NCBI GenBank assembly: GCA_030264375.1
Contig: JASCQW010000175.1
Location: forward strand, 8,801,950-8,865,949
Reading direction: 5' to 3'
Source: Carcharhinus longimanus
Taxonomy: Eukaryota
DNA length: 64,000 bases
Shown: positions 1-14,084 of the stretch, piece by piece
Position numbering within the stretch: position 1 is the stretch's first letter
Layout: the number at the start of each line of letters is the position of its first letter
Notes under the pieces: generated by a model
What the model was told of the DNA's origin: nothing
The model's database searches: none
The model's input: only the letters and a program-made list of their open reading frames with translations
Program-made: the position numbers and the translations under genes

Positions 1-3000
1 TGAAACCCGGCACTTGAAGTAACCAGTCCTGTCCCTGAGTCATCCAAGTCTCTGTAATGGCCACCACATCACATTTCTAAGTAGTGATCCATGCTCTAAG
101 CTCATCTGTTCACAACACTATGTGTGTTAAAATAGGCACACCTCAAACCTTCGGTCTGAGCGCTCCCCTTCTCTATCACAAGTTCTGGACTAGGACATGA
201 AACCACAACCTTACAGGTAGGAGCCAAACTGATCAAGTTCCAAGAAAATGGTGTCACAGCACAGACCGACCCAAAGTAATGAACACCTAGGAGGCTCCAC
301 TTGTATGGTGATCATGTAGACAACCATTATTGCTACATGGGAATGCACATTCTTCTACTGAGGAAATTCATAATAAACATCGTTTATGTCCATAGAGTGA
401 TGCAGATTTCTGACTCTGTACTCAAAGCTTTAGGTTAGCTGGACAGTCTTTCAGTGCTTGTTCTGATACTTCAGCCAAGATAATTCTCCTTTTAGGGTAG
501 GAGGCAGCTTGTTGAATAAAGGTCATTGCCTGAAATATTAATTCTGCTGTCGTTCCACAGAAGATTTTCACCACAACTCTGCATTCTTGAATTAGCATGG
601 GGAAATGGAGACAGTGCCCATATTGCCATCCAAGTTTAGAACCACACTGGGAGCTGTATTGCATGCATCGTTAAATGAGCTCAATTAGTTTTCAAATGGA
701 ATTTGAATGTGTATTTAGTGTATTTCACTAGTTACAACGAAGACATAAATACAGCAATTTGCAGAACCAATCTGCAAGATACTACCTTTCATTTGACAAC
801 TCAATTCCTCCATTAATCTGTAAAGTGTTGAGCCTGATTATCCAGGCTTGGTATTCAAGGACAGAGAAAAAACAGAACTAGCCATGGTGCAGAAAGTTTC
901 TCTATAGACATTTGTAGGCAGTAGAGGAAAAACACAGCTGGAGTGAGTGAGTGATCAGCACGTGGTGGGAAACTGGCCTTTTCCATGAAGTTTGATCTTT
1001 TTGTGTGTTCTGCAGCCTTTTTATCATCTTGTCAAGAGTTGCAAAAAATTCAATTGATCTAGGAGGTAAGGAATTCCAATTAGGCCACTGGATCAACAAT
1101 TGGTGAAAAAAGTCCACAAAATGATTTGGTTAACTGTCCTTGGGTTAAAGCCAGCACTGCACATCGGAACTACAGCAGCATAATCACAAGTTATGGATGA
1201 GGAAGACCATTTGGCCCATTTGAATCCACCCACCCAGAATGATCTGGAACCTTTCCCACTGCAAAATCCAAACAGTTCCTGATGTTTTTGTTCCAGATTC
1301 TACCATCTGGAGCATTTAGTCTTTAACACAGATATTCAGTTCTACTACACTTTCTGGAAGCCTGTCCCTCAAATTGAATACATATTTGTAACAGTGTGAC
1401 ACGCTTTGGATATTGTGAAGAAGCTTAGACTTTTTTTTAAAAATAAAAATCGGGTATTTATTGATAACAAGAAACTATACACAAGTGGCTGCAGCCCAAG
1501 GCTGCCTGGCGAATGATCCAGCCCATTATATGGCTGCCAGATGTATTCTGACCGAGAGAGGACTTTACCCTCTGGGATGGTCACTTGCCCTCTGTTGCTC
1601 TTCGCTCCTCAAGCCTGCTAACACACTCCTGTTTTGTCTTACAAGAGACTGACACCATAAGCAATACAATAATGATGTGAAAATAAGTACTTCCTAATAT
1701 CAGTCATAAATTTATCAATAATTCAAATATTTTTCTATGTTCTTATTTTAATATGACATAGTATTATGTATGACCTTTTCCATTCTCTTATCTCTACACC
1801 TCACCTAGGTTGGAAAACCTCTAGTCTAGCTTCATAACTCAGGTGAAACACTAGGGACCAGCCTCATAGCTCCTAGCTGCACTCCCCATTACTTTAACAT
1901 CCCCTTCNNNNNNNNNNNNNNNNNNNNNNNNNNNNNNNNNNNNNNNNNNNNNNNNNNNNNNNNNNNNNNNNNNNNNNNNNNNNNNNNNNNNNNNNNNNNN
2001 NNNNNNNGCAGTTGAGATCTCATTAGGCTACTATATAATTAGACCATAACTTCCTCCAATTGTATTCTAGTGTTTTAGCGCTTGCAGTTCTGCACGAGAT
2101 AGACAATGCTTAGCCTCCAAAGACTCAGGTTTCTTTAGTTTCGTCTGGGTTATTTCAACAGCTTATGAGCAAGCGTATTGCTTATTTTCCTCCTTATTGA
2201 CTGTACTTATAGGCCATTTAATTTCATGTGCGACTATTTTGTGTATACACTGGATCCAGAAGATCAGAAATTACAACTGGCCTTCGAAGAATGATACCGA
2301 TTGCAAATTTGAGGACTTTGCCTTGAGTTATGGAACCTAAGTTATGGAACAAGTGACCCCAACTCAGATGTGCAGTCCCCAACTTGGAACTCCCCACCCA
2401 GATTGAATTCCTCCAACTAAGTATTGGTTACTTATCCATCAGCCAGTTTTTTATTCAATTGAAGGGATCGTCTGGAATTTAACAGCCTCTTATGCTGAAC
2501 TTGGTCAGACCTCTTTTGATGGGGTAGATACACAGTCATACACTTTCCAGAGCTCACTTATGACGTCATTACTAGAAAGAAATTCAGGTATTTGACAGAC
2601 CCCCTTCAGGGCTGATTGTTGTTCACCCCAACACATTCAAATTAAAAAAAGCAAGAACTTAAAATAGCACAGATTAATAACTGCACGAGGATTGGAGGAA
2701 AAGCATACACCATTATACCAGAGGCAGGAAGGGTGGGTTTCTGTGACTAGCACACTAAGGCAGAATACAGAATGGTCGCTTCTGGCAACGTTAGCTTCTA
2801 ACGTAACTGCCATTTTGTTGCAGAATTTTAACACGAAAAGATGTTGCACTATATTTAATGCAGTAAAATAAACAATTGAACTTTGCAACTGATGTTTTAC
2901 AGAAATAGTCAAGTCATTGCATAAACGAGAAAGGAAAGAAAATTACAATACAACATTAAGTGTGACATATACTCGTCTCAAGGGCAGATCAAGTTACTCG

Positions 3001-3278
3001 TTGCATAAACATGCCAATGCTTAGTGCCAGTCAATATCTTTGTGCTTTCGTGCACATTTCTGTTTCACCTATAAAATGCCAATCTGAGACTGCACGATGA
3101 TCTAAGCAATAGAAAAAACAAACTATTCCATATTCCACTCCAAATTCTAACACTAAAATATCTACTGTACTACAGCGCAAACCATTCACAATTCATGTTT
3201 TGCAATAAAGAATCTCAAGAAAAACATGGAGCAATGAAACAAAATTAATGCGGGTTTCTTTTTTTGATGAAAACATAC

Positions 3279-3461
3279 CAGGATTCGCAACCCTAGGTTA
3301 CGATCAAAATATCCGACAGGAGAGGAAGTAGATGGTGTGTGAAATAACCACTCACAATATCTAACTGCAAATTAGCACATTCTTCTGCACACCAACAGGG
3401 AGCAGCAACGAGGCTGTGAATTGGAGACCACTGGTACTCCAGTAAATGCTTCTAGAATTTT
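3279..3461 (-). ncRNA. Putative non-coding exon with two donors (106 or 183 nt)
   Basis: Acceptor ACATTCTTTCACAG|; donors ATT|GTGAGT (3356) and CTG|GTATGT (3279); stops in all three frames. Confidence 0.45.
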
Positions 3462-6400
3462 CTGTGAAAGAATGTGATTCTGTATATTAGATACAGCAGT
3501 TACAGTGATATAGATTTAACTGCATTATAACTTTTCTTCCACCTGTAACTACACAGCAAAAACAGGCTACTATAATTTTATCACCGATTATCCAATCTCT
3601 TCTGATACCCATGTTACACAGTACAAACATACAATGGATCCTTTGTCACGCTGTTGTTTTTCACTGTCCGTGGTGCGTTTTTCAGCAACTTAGAGCGTCA
3701 GACAGCCAGCCACTGTAGAGGGAAAATGAGAACACTGACCATCAGAAAGAGGTGGGGCCTACATAAACAAAAAGGAATGGCTTGTGCTTTGCTAATACTA
3801 GCCTGTTTCCCCAAATGTTTACCTAAATTAGTTGAAAGGACACAATTTTGNNNNNNNNNNNNNNNNNNNNNNNNNNNNNNNNNNNNNNNNNNNNNNNNNN
3901 NNNNNNNNNNNNNNNNNNNNNNNNNNNNNNNNNNNNNNNNNNNNNNNNNNACCCTCGGTATCAAAATGCAACAATCCAGATCTCTGGCCAGGTTAATTTA
4001 CTTGGACAGACATCATAAGCATACGGGATGCATTTTGAAGTTACAAAGGATATTCAGCCTGTCTGATAAAATACCGTATTCCATTAGGTATGTAATTTAA
4101 TAATGTAACATTCTTTATTTAACAAACAGCAGCGGCAAATAAAATTAAGATAAAAGATCATTTGTGCCAGAAGTTCCTTTTTAAACCATGGTAATGAAGC
4201 ACAGCACTTTTCCTGGATTGCTCTGGCAAGTTTATTTTCCAGTTGTTGCTAGCTGCTCAAGACCCATTCATCAGTAAGCGTGTGGCAGTTGAAGGTACAA
4301 ACCCAAAACAACAAAGCAAGAAAATTTCTCAAAACCATTTGGAAGAACCTATAGTTTTTAATTTGGCTTTCAAAACAACTTCTTTGCAGCAACAAGCTAT
4401 TTTTACACTGCACTGACTTACTAAATTGAGGTGAATTCCCAACAGCAATGGTCAAGCACCTATTTTGAGGCAGGTAAAAAGTTAATTTAGGGCAAATGGG
4501 ATGGCAACATTTACCAAGCAAATGTTAATTGGTAATTCTCAAAAATAAAATTTATTACTGCATGACAAATTGTGACTCCCCAACTTTAAACCTCACCTGA
4601 ATTTAGAATCATACTATTAAGATTTACCAAATGTTAGCATTCTTTCTCCCCTCAGTTCCTTGCTGTCACTTCACAGCTTCAATTTGATAATCCAAGTCCC
4701 TTGAAGTGCCTCACTAGTCACTTAATTTGACCCAATGTCAGGCTGAATGAAATCTTTTCTTCTATCCTTACAATGCACTTTGTACTCTTGAAAATGTCTT
4801 CCTCCTGCCAGCTAACTCTCCCACTATTTTCTCATGAGAAAAGAGCATATATTAAATACCACCAAACCAGTTTTTTCTTTCAAAGCACATATTTCTCACC
4901 ACCAGTTGTGTACAATAGCAAGAACAATTCGCAATCCCAACCTTGGGAGCGGGAAGTATCATTTTACAGCCGATGGGTTAGACAAGTTGCTAATATGTCA
5001 CTAATGCAAGGAATTTTGAATAGCTGCACAAGATAAATACACAAGTGTGCAGAACTGGCCAAAAGATCTGAAGGATCTTTTCTGCCCCTGCTCTTTGCAT
5101 GTAACACATGGGATCTCAAATCGATATACAGGGAGAAACAAAAAAAAATCATCTGTGATATGGTTTAACTGCAGAATGGGAAGTGGAATTTGGCCAGTGC
5201 AGCTATAATTGTATGCCAAGTTCTATTTTGAAAAAGGTCATTTCCCCTTAATGTGCAGCAAACCCCGCAGCCATATAATCTCCTCTGGCTGTTCACTCCT
5301 CATAATGACACCAGAGGGCACTCTCGCTTACCAGCTAAATGCCAGTTTTCACCAGAGTATCTCCAAGCACAAANNNNNNNNNNNNNNNNNNNNNNNNNNN
5401 NNNNNNNNNNNNNNNNNNNNNNNNNNNNNNNNNNNNNNNNNNNNNNNNNNNNNNNNNNNNNNNNNNNNNNNNNAAGCACAAATGTGTCACTGTCACTGGA
5501 ATTTTTAAAAATAGCATCATTGGTGCATTAACTCGATAATGATTCTTTTGTTTTCCAACATGCATATACAGGGCATGTGAACCTTTCAACAGGATGAACA
5601 AACTGTACCCTTAGACAGAGGCTGGGCCAAACGCAACATGCCCAGTTTTGAAAAAGGCACCTAACTTGATTCTGACCAGCAGAGCTGTCATGGTTTACTT
5701 AATCATAAGAAAGTGTTCTCATATTCTAAATTTGTTTCATGCTATTTACTTCCAATAAGAGGACGTTTGCACCTTTAAGCCTCTGCAGTAATGCATTTGC
5801 AATCATCTCTCATTGGTAGTTAAATCCATATATTGTGAAATGGCAACTAAGATTTTGCACATTTTGTCATTTGGTAAACAGTGGATCTTTTTGGTAACAT
5901 GCAGTGAAATGCTGCAGAACATGCGGCAAATCTTCCAAGGTGAGCTCGCCGTCATAGGGGATTTTCACAGTAACTTTGTTGCAGTGTTAATGTAAGCCTA
6001 CTTGTGACACTAATAAATGAACTTAAAAACAGATTTGGCCATTGCCACCCACAGTTTCTAAACTTCATTAATTCACCAACATTTATGATAGTCTGCCCCA
6101 TGACGTGTTATATCGAGTGGATAACTGATATTTGCATTCAATTAGTGACTTAGACACTCATTTTTGCCCTTGGCTGGAACAATGGGCACGTGGCAAGGAT
6201 TAGTTCCATAACACTAAATCCGTCATAACCAAATTCTGCTACTGTTAAGAATACTGAAATGTAAATTGTAAATATTCCGTAATCTCGGCCTTGTAATTTG
6301 AAGAGATAAAAGGGAAATGNNNNNNNNNNNNNNNNNNNNNNNNNNNNNNNNNNNNNNNNNNNNNNNNNNNNNNNNNNNNNNNGGATAAGATCTACCTTGT

Positions 6401-7320
6401 GGGCTATTCATTGTAATCTATTTTGCTGCAGTCAACAATTCTTGCAATATATGGTGTTACATGAAGGCCAAATAATGCAAAGCACTTAAACGAAATCTGC
6501 ACTTTCATAACCTGCAATACATTCAATTGAATTTTAACAGGGAAAAAATTCACATGCCACCATGCTGACATTCAAGTCATCTTACTTAAAGCAAGTCCAG
6601 GCACGATTTTCTTGCTTTGGTGTTAGATTACGAAAGATCCGCCACCGAGGGTTCTTCATTAAAAAGCTGATTAAATTCTCAAACAAAAAGGAAAGATAAT
6701 GCAAACAACATCTTAAAATCACTGCAGTTTCAAAAAGCTAGTTCACACAAAGCTGTTTAACTGCGAGGCGGTAAGCTCAATTAAAGCAAAACAAAAAAAA
6801 AAATCAGAATAAAAACACCCGCTTGCTGAGATGGGGCAACTGCAAACAAACCCAGCGGACAATGGGGTTACAGGTAACCATGCTGCTCACCTGNNNNNNN
6901 NNNNNNNNNNNNNNNNNNNNNNNNNNNNNNNNNNNNNNNNNNNNNNNNNNNNNNNNNNNNNNNNNNNNNNNNNNNNNNNNNNNNNNNNNNNNNNNNNNNN
7001 NNNNNNNNNNNNNNNNNNNNNNNNNNNNNNNNNNNNNNNNNNNNNNNNNNNNNNNNNNNNNNNNNNCAGAGAAAGATCTTCAGTTTGAAATAACAAAAGT
7101 TGTCATATTTGCTCATTACTTCACTGGTTCGATGCAACTAGACCCACAGAGCTTTAACCCTGAAGTGTGGAAAATGCTGTTATGTCAAAAAAATTTCTCC
7201 CAATTGCGTACACATTCTGTTGATGAATGCAGTTTGCGGAATATATGATGCGCCATAAAATAAACTTAAAATAAAATTTCTGAATTGTGGATAAACAAAT
7301 GCAAAAATATTTGGACATAC

Positions 7321-7560
7321 CCATGAGGGAGCCCCCTGCAGCCATTTTGTAACTCAGTCAGTCTCAGCAACGGCAGCAAAAAAAAGAGACCTCACCTTCT
7401 TTGAAGTCACAGCACTGGGTGGGGGGGAGGGGAGGGGGAAAAATGAATACCTGCTGTCTGATAGGTCTGCATAATCAAGGTTGCAACAGCCAATAAAGGA
7501 ACTGCTCAGTGCTGAGCAATCAGCAGTGAGCCCTGCGAAGTTTGCCTGGCAACAAGACCG
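7321..7560 (-). promoter_or_regulatory. Putative internal promoter / alternative first exon
   Basis: X-box-like TTTGCCTGGCAAC (7541-7553), TGCTGA-N4-TCAGCA (7510-7525), CCAAT, G-tract, YY1/Kozak ACAAAATGGCTGC (ATG 7345) and three minus-strand donors (near 7450, 7395, 7320). Confidence 0.45.
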
Positions 7561-8148
7561 AGGGGTAAAAGGAGGTTGATTATATGGTAATGAAAGGAGG
7601 GTGTGAAATAGAGAAATATTGCGAGAAACTGGAGATAATCAGAACTAGTTACAAAAATTGATTTGCTTTAATAATATAAACAATTGCAAAATTTAAAAAA
7701 AAATACCCTTTCCCAATCTGGTTTACTCGAACACACTGTCTACTGCAGTAGGAAAAGCTTCGTTAATCGATTAACATGATTAGAAGAAGCTGCACATCTT
7801 TGCACAGGGATAACACGCTGCAGATAGGATATCACTCTGGATGCAACAGCTCTTTCAGCACCTCAGAATTTCCCCACGAAGCAGCTTTAAACATGCCAAG
7901 AGGCTACACCATATTTGCCTAAACAGCAGCTCATGCTACATCTGTGCCTCAATTCCCTCGTGACATTAGTTGAGTGACCTGCAATTCAAAATAATGATCT
8001 CAAATACCCTCACAGCCTGGTTTCCCTTGTAGGCTCCTCCTCTCATCCACAACAAATACAAACAAGTTACATGGGTGTACTTGGAGCATGGGTGCGGAAG
8101 GAGGAAGAGAAAGATAGACATGAAAATATCTAGGAGAGAATCACTTAC

Positions 8149-8205
8149 ATGATCCATTTTCATATATCTGACAATACTATAACCACCCATAACCCACAAG
8201 TTCAC
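8149..8205 (-). ncRNA. Putative 57-nt exon
   Basis: Acceptor AGTGTTTTATAG|, donor CAT|GTAAGT. Confidence 0.3.
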
Positions 8206-10699
8206 CTATAAAACACTAATAGTACAGCCACTAACATTTGAAATGCTCCCAATCACAACGAACATCCATGGCTGTTCTAGAAAGCACTCAGTCACTTTAT
8301 TTTTTATTTGTGGTGCTTCAAGGTCACTCACTACGCAACTGGCAAAACTATTCTGTGAATAATCTTGTACACACAAAAAAGAAACTTGAGCTCCTCTCTG
8401 CAACAGACTTTTCTAGTGAATTTGGTCAATTAAGTTGCCACACCATCTGTTGACATTGTAAAATGTGCTGTAATAACTGTTTGTCGGGGGGAGGTTAAAT
8501 GTTGATCAGTTTGGTTGGTGACCTCCTAACCCTCAAGACAACATATTGGAAACCCATGTAATTATCAGATAGTCATATGCATTACAGCAACCATTGCTAA
8601 CTTTAATTTTCATTACTAGCCACAGTAACATTCCAGTAAAAATTGAAAGGTAGCTACAAATGTGCATATGTGATATCTAATTATATTCATAATTGATTTA
8701 GTGTCCAGAACTGACAAATACCACCACCGGTGGACCTGAATCCATTTCACAGTCCTTTATAGTTCTCCTTCATTCAGCTGGTTTAGGGTGCTACATCAGA
8801 TCGAGCAGTCTGAATTTCAACAGCAACCCTTTCAGTAGTTGCAGTGTACAGTGCACATATCAGCTGCTAGGCTATAAACACCAGCTACAGCGCTGCTTCC
8901 TGTTTTTAGTGCACATAACAAGAGGAATGAAACAAACGGCCACTGGCAAGCATTTGTTTGCCCTGAAATTAACAAATGAGATGAGGAAAAGCTTTAAATG
9001 GGCCTGGTGACGACATCCCTCACCAAATGCTCCAAATCTGTAATTGGAATTTGTTGAGATAAATCAGAAGTCAGCACAATAAGTATATCCAAAAACAATT
9101 CACTCATTTCATAAGTTTCCCTTATGCAATGAGGTGCAAGATTACAAAGTGCAATTTATAAGCTTCTTTTGAGCTATAATTTACCCTCATGATTTTATGC
9201 TTTACCCTATGATTTTATGATATACTCAACCACAAGTACAAGCAGCCCAATGCAACCAAGGCTCAAGTGTTTTTGAAAGGAATGCTTCCTTAATAAAATT
9301 ATGTTTACACTTGATCAGGTAAAGAGAACAAAAATAGCACCAGGTATCCAACTTGTTTTTGAGATTTTTCCTGAAACATTGGGATAATGTTAACCCACTT
9401 TTACATTTTTTTAAGGCAAGTCAACGTGGTTGTAACCACTAGTTTATCTACTCATGCACAATAATTAGCTTTTAAAAAGCTTTAATTATTGCCTCAAGCA
9501 GCAAGTCACTGCAACAGGTACCACAAAGATGCAGATTCCTATCAGGATTACATTAGAACTGGAAATACACAGTAACTTGACAGGACTTTAAAATTATGAA
9601 GGGATGGTGTAGGGTACATGGAGAGGAGATTTAGGACCAAAAGTAGGGGAAACGTTTAAAAAACAAGGGAGTGTGGAATTTGAGATTAAGTAAAGACAGT
9701 GTCAACATTTTAAGAATGGGTTAGATAAGTGATTGAAGGAAAGGGGAATGAAAGGTTTGTAGAATCAGGGCATACATGCAGGACTAGGATGAACAGTAGG
9801 TATGTCAAGGTAGCAAATTCTTTACTATTTTGGTAGGTCCAAGATGATTGGGGAAATTTTGCGACTGTGTCACCCCGGCCTTCCTCTGGGAATGGTGAAA
9901 GTTGCAACTCTGACGCAGTTGATCCTTGCATTCTGAGCCAAATTTCAGTGATTACCTCCACGTGGGGTGGTTGGGTGTTTCGCAAGAGAGGATTTTCATT
10001 GCTATTTAATTCTATGCAATCATTAGTGAACAAAAAAAACCCTACAAATTGCTAGTTTTGCTGCTACCAATTCAAATGCAATCAACATGAGCTGCCAGCT
10101 CTGTGGGTGTCTATGCAGATACCTCCCAGATTCTTCAGTCATGAAGACCTACAGCAGACACTTAAAGTTTGGCATAATTGAACAACAAGGAATCTGGACA
10201 CAAATATGCTCTATCATAATTCCATGTTCATGTACATCTTTCATTCTCCTTTCTTTCAATTACCTAACTAACCTATTCTCAAAATCTTCAATCTGCTTCA
10301 ATCTCAAATTTCAGTCTCAATTGTTATTTAAAAATGTTTCTCCTACTTTCAAGCCTAAATGCCTTGCATTTATATGTTCGACTTCACAACAATTTAGCAC
10401 TCTGAAATTTCACGGGGCCCACGATTCTGGAACAAAGTAGTTGTTTATCCAAAGAGGGAGAATACTTGATAATAAAATGAGTTGTTGCTGGAAGAAAGAG
10501 GGACCACAACTAAGATCAAGAACTTAATAGAGCTAGATGAGCTGAAGGTATCTTTCTGCATCCCTGGGTTACAGCAGATGCAAGTGGGCTACTACATCTG
10601 GTTCACTCAGTATATGATAGGAGGTTCATGGGGAATGAGGAGAAGGCGACTCCTATTCCACCTAATTGTGCCTTCAAGGATACGTATCAAGCAAGACAA

Positions 10700-12070
10700 T
10701 CATTGATCTTCATCCCTCTGGACAATGATGCCTTCTCTATCAAAGTCCTTGATCCAAACCTTGTCACTTCTGTTTAAGTTGGGCAGATTGCGAGCACAGT
10801 ACATCCTACTGCAAGTGGAAACACGTCACTTTAAGATTGTTCTTGGTCCTGAACTCTGATGATCCCCAACTACCAACCTTGGGATGAATTTATTCAGCAG
10901 CATGAGAAGATGAGGATCAAATTTTCTGCCCATTAGCAGCCTGATGGGGCTAATCCACATTATAGCAGGGTGGATCTAGATGTCAAAAGCACAATTGTCA
11001 TTTTTCCAAGAAGGTTTTAATCATGCAGATATTACTTTCTGCCTCATTGTTAGAGCGTGGATATCGTGGAGAGCAGATGAAGTGTTGAAATCCATAGAAA
11101 ACTGCAGCCCATTGTTGGACATCAGTTGGTCCAAGATGCCATGGCTCTCAAACGTTTCTCTCAATGACCTTGTGACTGACTGTGGTCATTGTGTAAATGA
11201 TTCACTTCAATCCATCGAGAGAAATAGTCAACAATGACGAGGGAAGATCTGCCGTTGTATGTGAATAGATTCATTCTCAAATGTTCCCATGGTCTGGTAG
11301 GGAGCAGTGTGGGGATAAGGGACTCCCCTTCTAGATTGGTTTGTGCAGCACACACACACAGCAGTTTAAAATCATCTCTTCAATTGCTCTCAATACTTTT
11401 GCACACCACACTGCAGACCGGGCTCATGCTCTGCAACTGTGATGCCCAAGAGGCATTGGTGGAATCATTGTAGAACCTCAGGCCAGAATGAGAAAAGAAT
11501 GACCAAGCACTCCTCATACTACAGCAGATCCATCAAAAATAACGAAGTGTTTCTGGAAGTAAATTTTCATAATATTGCCACCTGGATGCTGCAACCAACA
11601 TCAGGCAGGCATAGGAGGCACGTATACTCTTCATCTCACATCTGCTCCTGGTTTACCTGATGAAGCTTGCTGGTAGTTGTATTGTCAAAATCTGCTGTCT
11701 GCGTGCTGCACAAACCAACCAATCTAGAAGGGAATTCCCTTATCTGCATGCTGCTTCCTACCAGACATGGGAACATTTGGGAATGAACCTATCCATATAC
11801 AATGGCAGGTCTTCTCTTGTCATTTTTGACTATTTCTCAAAATGGATTGAAGTGAACTTGAGCTTGTCGACCAGACTGACAGTGTTGCAGGATGGTTGAC
11901 TGCGGCCCTGGCCGGTGCCTCCAGAGTCTTCTGATGCTGTCGCTGGAAGCACACAAATCCTGTATGCCAAGTGCGTGAAACGCAAGCAGAATCTCAATGC
12001 TGGAGGTATCCCGATGGGTTTGTTTGTCCTAAAAGTGAGACCAATGGTTTGTGATCTGTCTTGTTGATTA
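10700..12070 (-). mobile_element. Degenerate Gypsy/Ty3 LTR retrotransposon pol (integrase) relics, with an inverted second copy at 11701-11856
   Basis: ORF 11161-11355(-) PTRPWEHLRMNLFTYNGRSSLVIVDYFSRWIEV is the Gypsy integrase core start (PW..DLF..LVxVDYFSRW.EV); the same motif occurs on + at 11760-11856. Boundaries approximate. Confidence 0.8.
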
Positions 12071-13266
12071 CCTTTATTCCAACAATGTAGTCACAGAACT
12101 TCTCACAAACCCATAACAGATTAAGGATGAGAAAAATGGGGAAATAGCACAGAAAAGGAGTCGAGGCTGGCATAAATCAGCCATGATCCTATTGCATGCC
12201 AGGGCAGGCTTAAAGGGCCTGATGGCCCCCTCCTGCTTCTATTTCTTGTATTGTGATATTTCTTGGCATCTTATGGTGCAGGGTGTCTATTGACAGAGGC
12301 CAGTATTCACAAAGATTTTCTCATTCCCTTCAACCACAACACAAACACAATCTAACCAATCCAACCTTTCTACTACATCACCCCTTACTGACTTTGCTTG
12401 CCTTTTGCTCATTTAGGTGCAGCATTGATAGATGTTACTCAACAGCTAACATTTGTTCTTGGCAGATGGCCAGAGCCTCCATCTATTCAATATTCAAGAA
12501 TTCCTCATACCAGTTGAGGCTTTGATAAGGAGACCAAGCTGATACTGGAATCCCAGGCATTTTTGCTGCAAAACAAATTAAGTACTTAGTCCAGCAATTT
12601 ATATGTTGGTAAATTTTGAGGAACACCTCAAATAGTGCTACATGTCTTAAATATTCCAGAGGTGACAAATCTACAAAACTTTGATCAGCATCACATTGTT
12701 CTACAAGGTGTGGTGCTCTGTAAGGTCTGATGTATAATATTGTTGAGTGTCACCCTATACTTTAAGATCACATTCCAGCATTTTAAAACATTCATAACAA
12801 GATTCAGCAGGATAGCTTGGAATAGAATGTGCATTTCTTGAAACTGGTGCTAGAGTTCAGTCAGCATCAGATCATTGGACAAGATCTCTAAAAGTAGTAC
12901 AAGTCTATCTGGTTGCTGTCTTCAACAGTCATTACAAAAGTAAAATAATAGTTCTCAATTGAAACTGCCAATTCAAATCTTCAAACCTGGTGAATTGTTT
13001 TTTTAAAAATACAAAGATAATTATTGATGTCATAATATAAATGAAAAAAATGTTAAAAAAGAATGGCACAAAATGGAGGGTAAAAAAAAAAATCAAACAA
13101 CACTACAATAATATTAACTGGCTGGTGAGTTTGGGTAAACATTAACATGAGGAACAATTTAAAGGCAGTGAATGGTTAATCTTAGATTTTGAGCATATTT
13201 GCTGATCCAGCTTTTGGGACACTTGTTCGAAAAATTTTAATTTCAGATTTTTATATAATTCAAGTA

Positions 13267-13418
13267 AAGTTGATTGGCCATACTAAATTGACCTGTTTCT
13301 GGGGGACTAGCAGGGTATATATGAGGGGTTATGGGAATAGGGTCTGGGTGGGATTGTGGTCGTGCAGACTCAATGGGCCAAATGGCCTTCTTCTGCACTG
13401 TAGGGATTCTACAATTCT
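13267..13418 (+). mobile_element. HE1-type SINE, 3' part
   Basis: Matches the 3' half of the full copy at 23359-23673 (GATTGGCCAT..CTAAATTG..GCAGACTCAATGGGCC..CTGCACTGTAGGGATTCTA). Confidence 0.8.
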
Positions 13419-14084
13419 AAGTCTAATGATGACCACAAAATATTGTCAACTGTTGTCAAAAAACATTGGTTCACTACTATCCTTGAGGGAAGGAAATCTG
13501 CCATCCTTATCTGGTCTGGCTTACATACAGCTCCAGATCCACAGCAATGTGTTGAATGCCCTCTGAAATGACCCAGCAAGCCACTCAGAATAAAGGACTA
13601 CTAGGTATGGACAATGAATGCTGGTGCATCTAGCTACAGTCACATCCTGTGCATGAATAAAAATGTTACCTGACCCTAGCTGGACAATGGTAGGAGATAC
13701 AATGAGTACTGATGTCAAATTTTGTTTGATAACCCTCCTGAGCAATGACTTGGGACATTTTATTACATTCAAGATGCTAATTAAGGCAAGGTGCTGCTGT
13801 TTTGATTCTTATCTTTAAGAGTGCTGACCAACCTTTGAGGGGAAAGTTACCCAATTAAACACAGGATTAGGTGGGGAAAAGTATTTATCTAATGCTTCTT
13901 ACAGGTACCAGGCATCTCAAAAGCACTACACAGCAATGAAATACTATCTAAAGCATGGTTGTTGCCAGAAGAATGTAGGAAATATGGAAACCAGTTTGCT
14001 AATTGAGGGGCTTGCTGTGCCCAAAGTGTTAATAATCAGTGCCTGCATTGCTGAAAATGGTCTCTCCTGCCTGGTCCTGTTATC

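Noticed and set aside
5365-5482. AAGCACAAA repeated either side of a 100-N run
   Set aside because: Same artefact; the true gap is probably near zero
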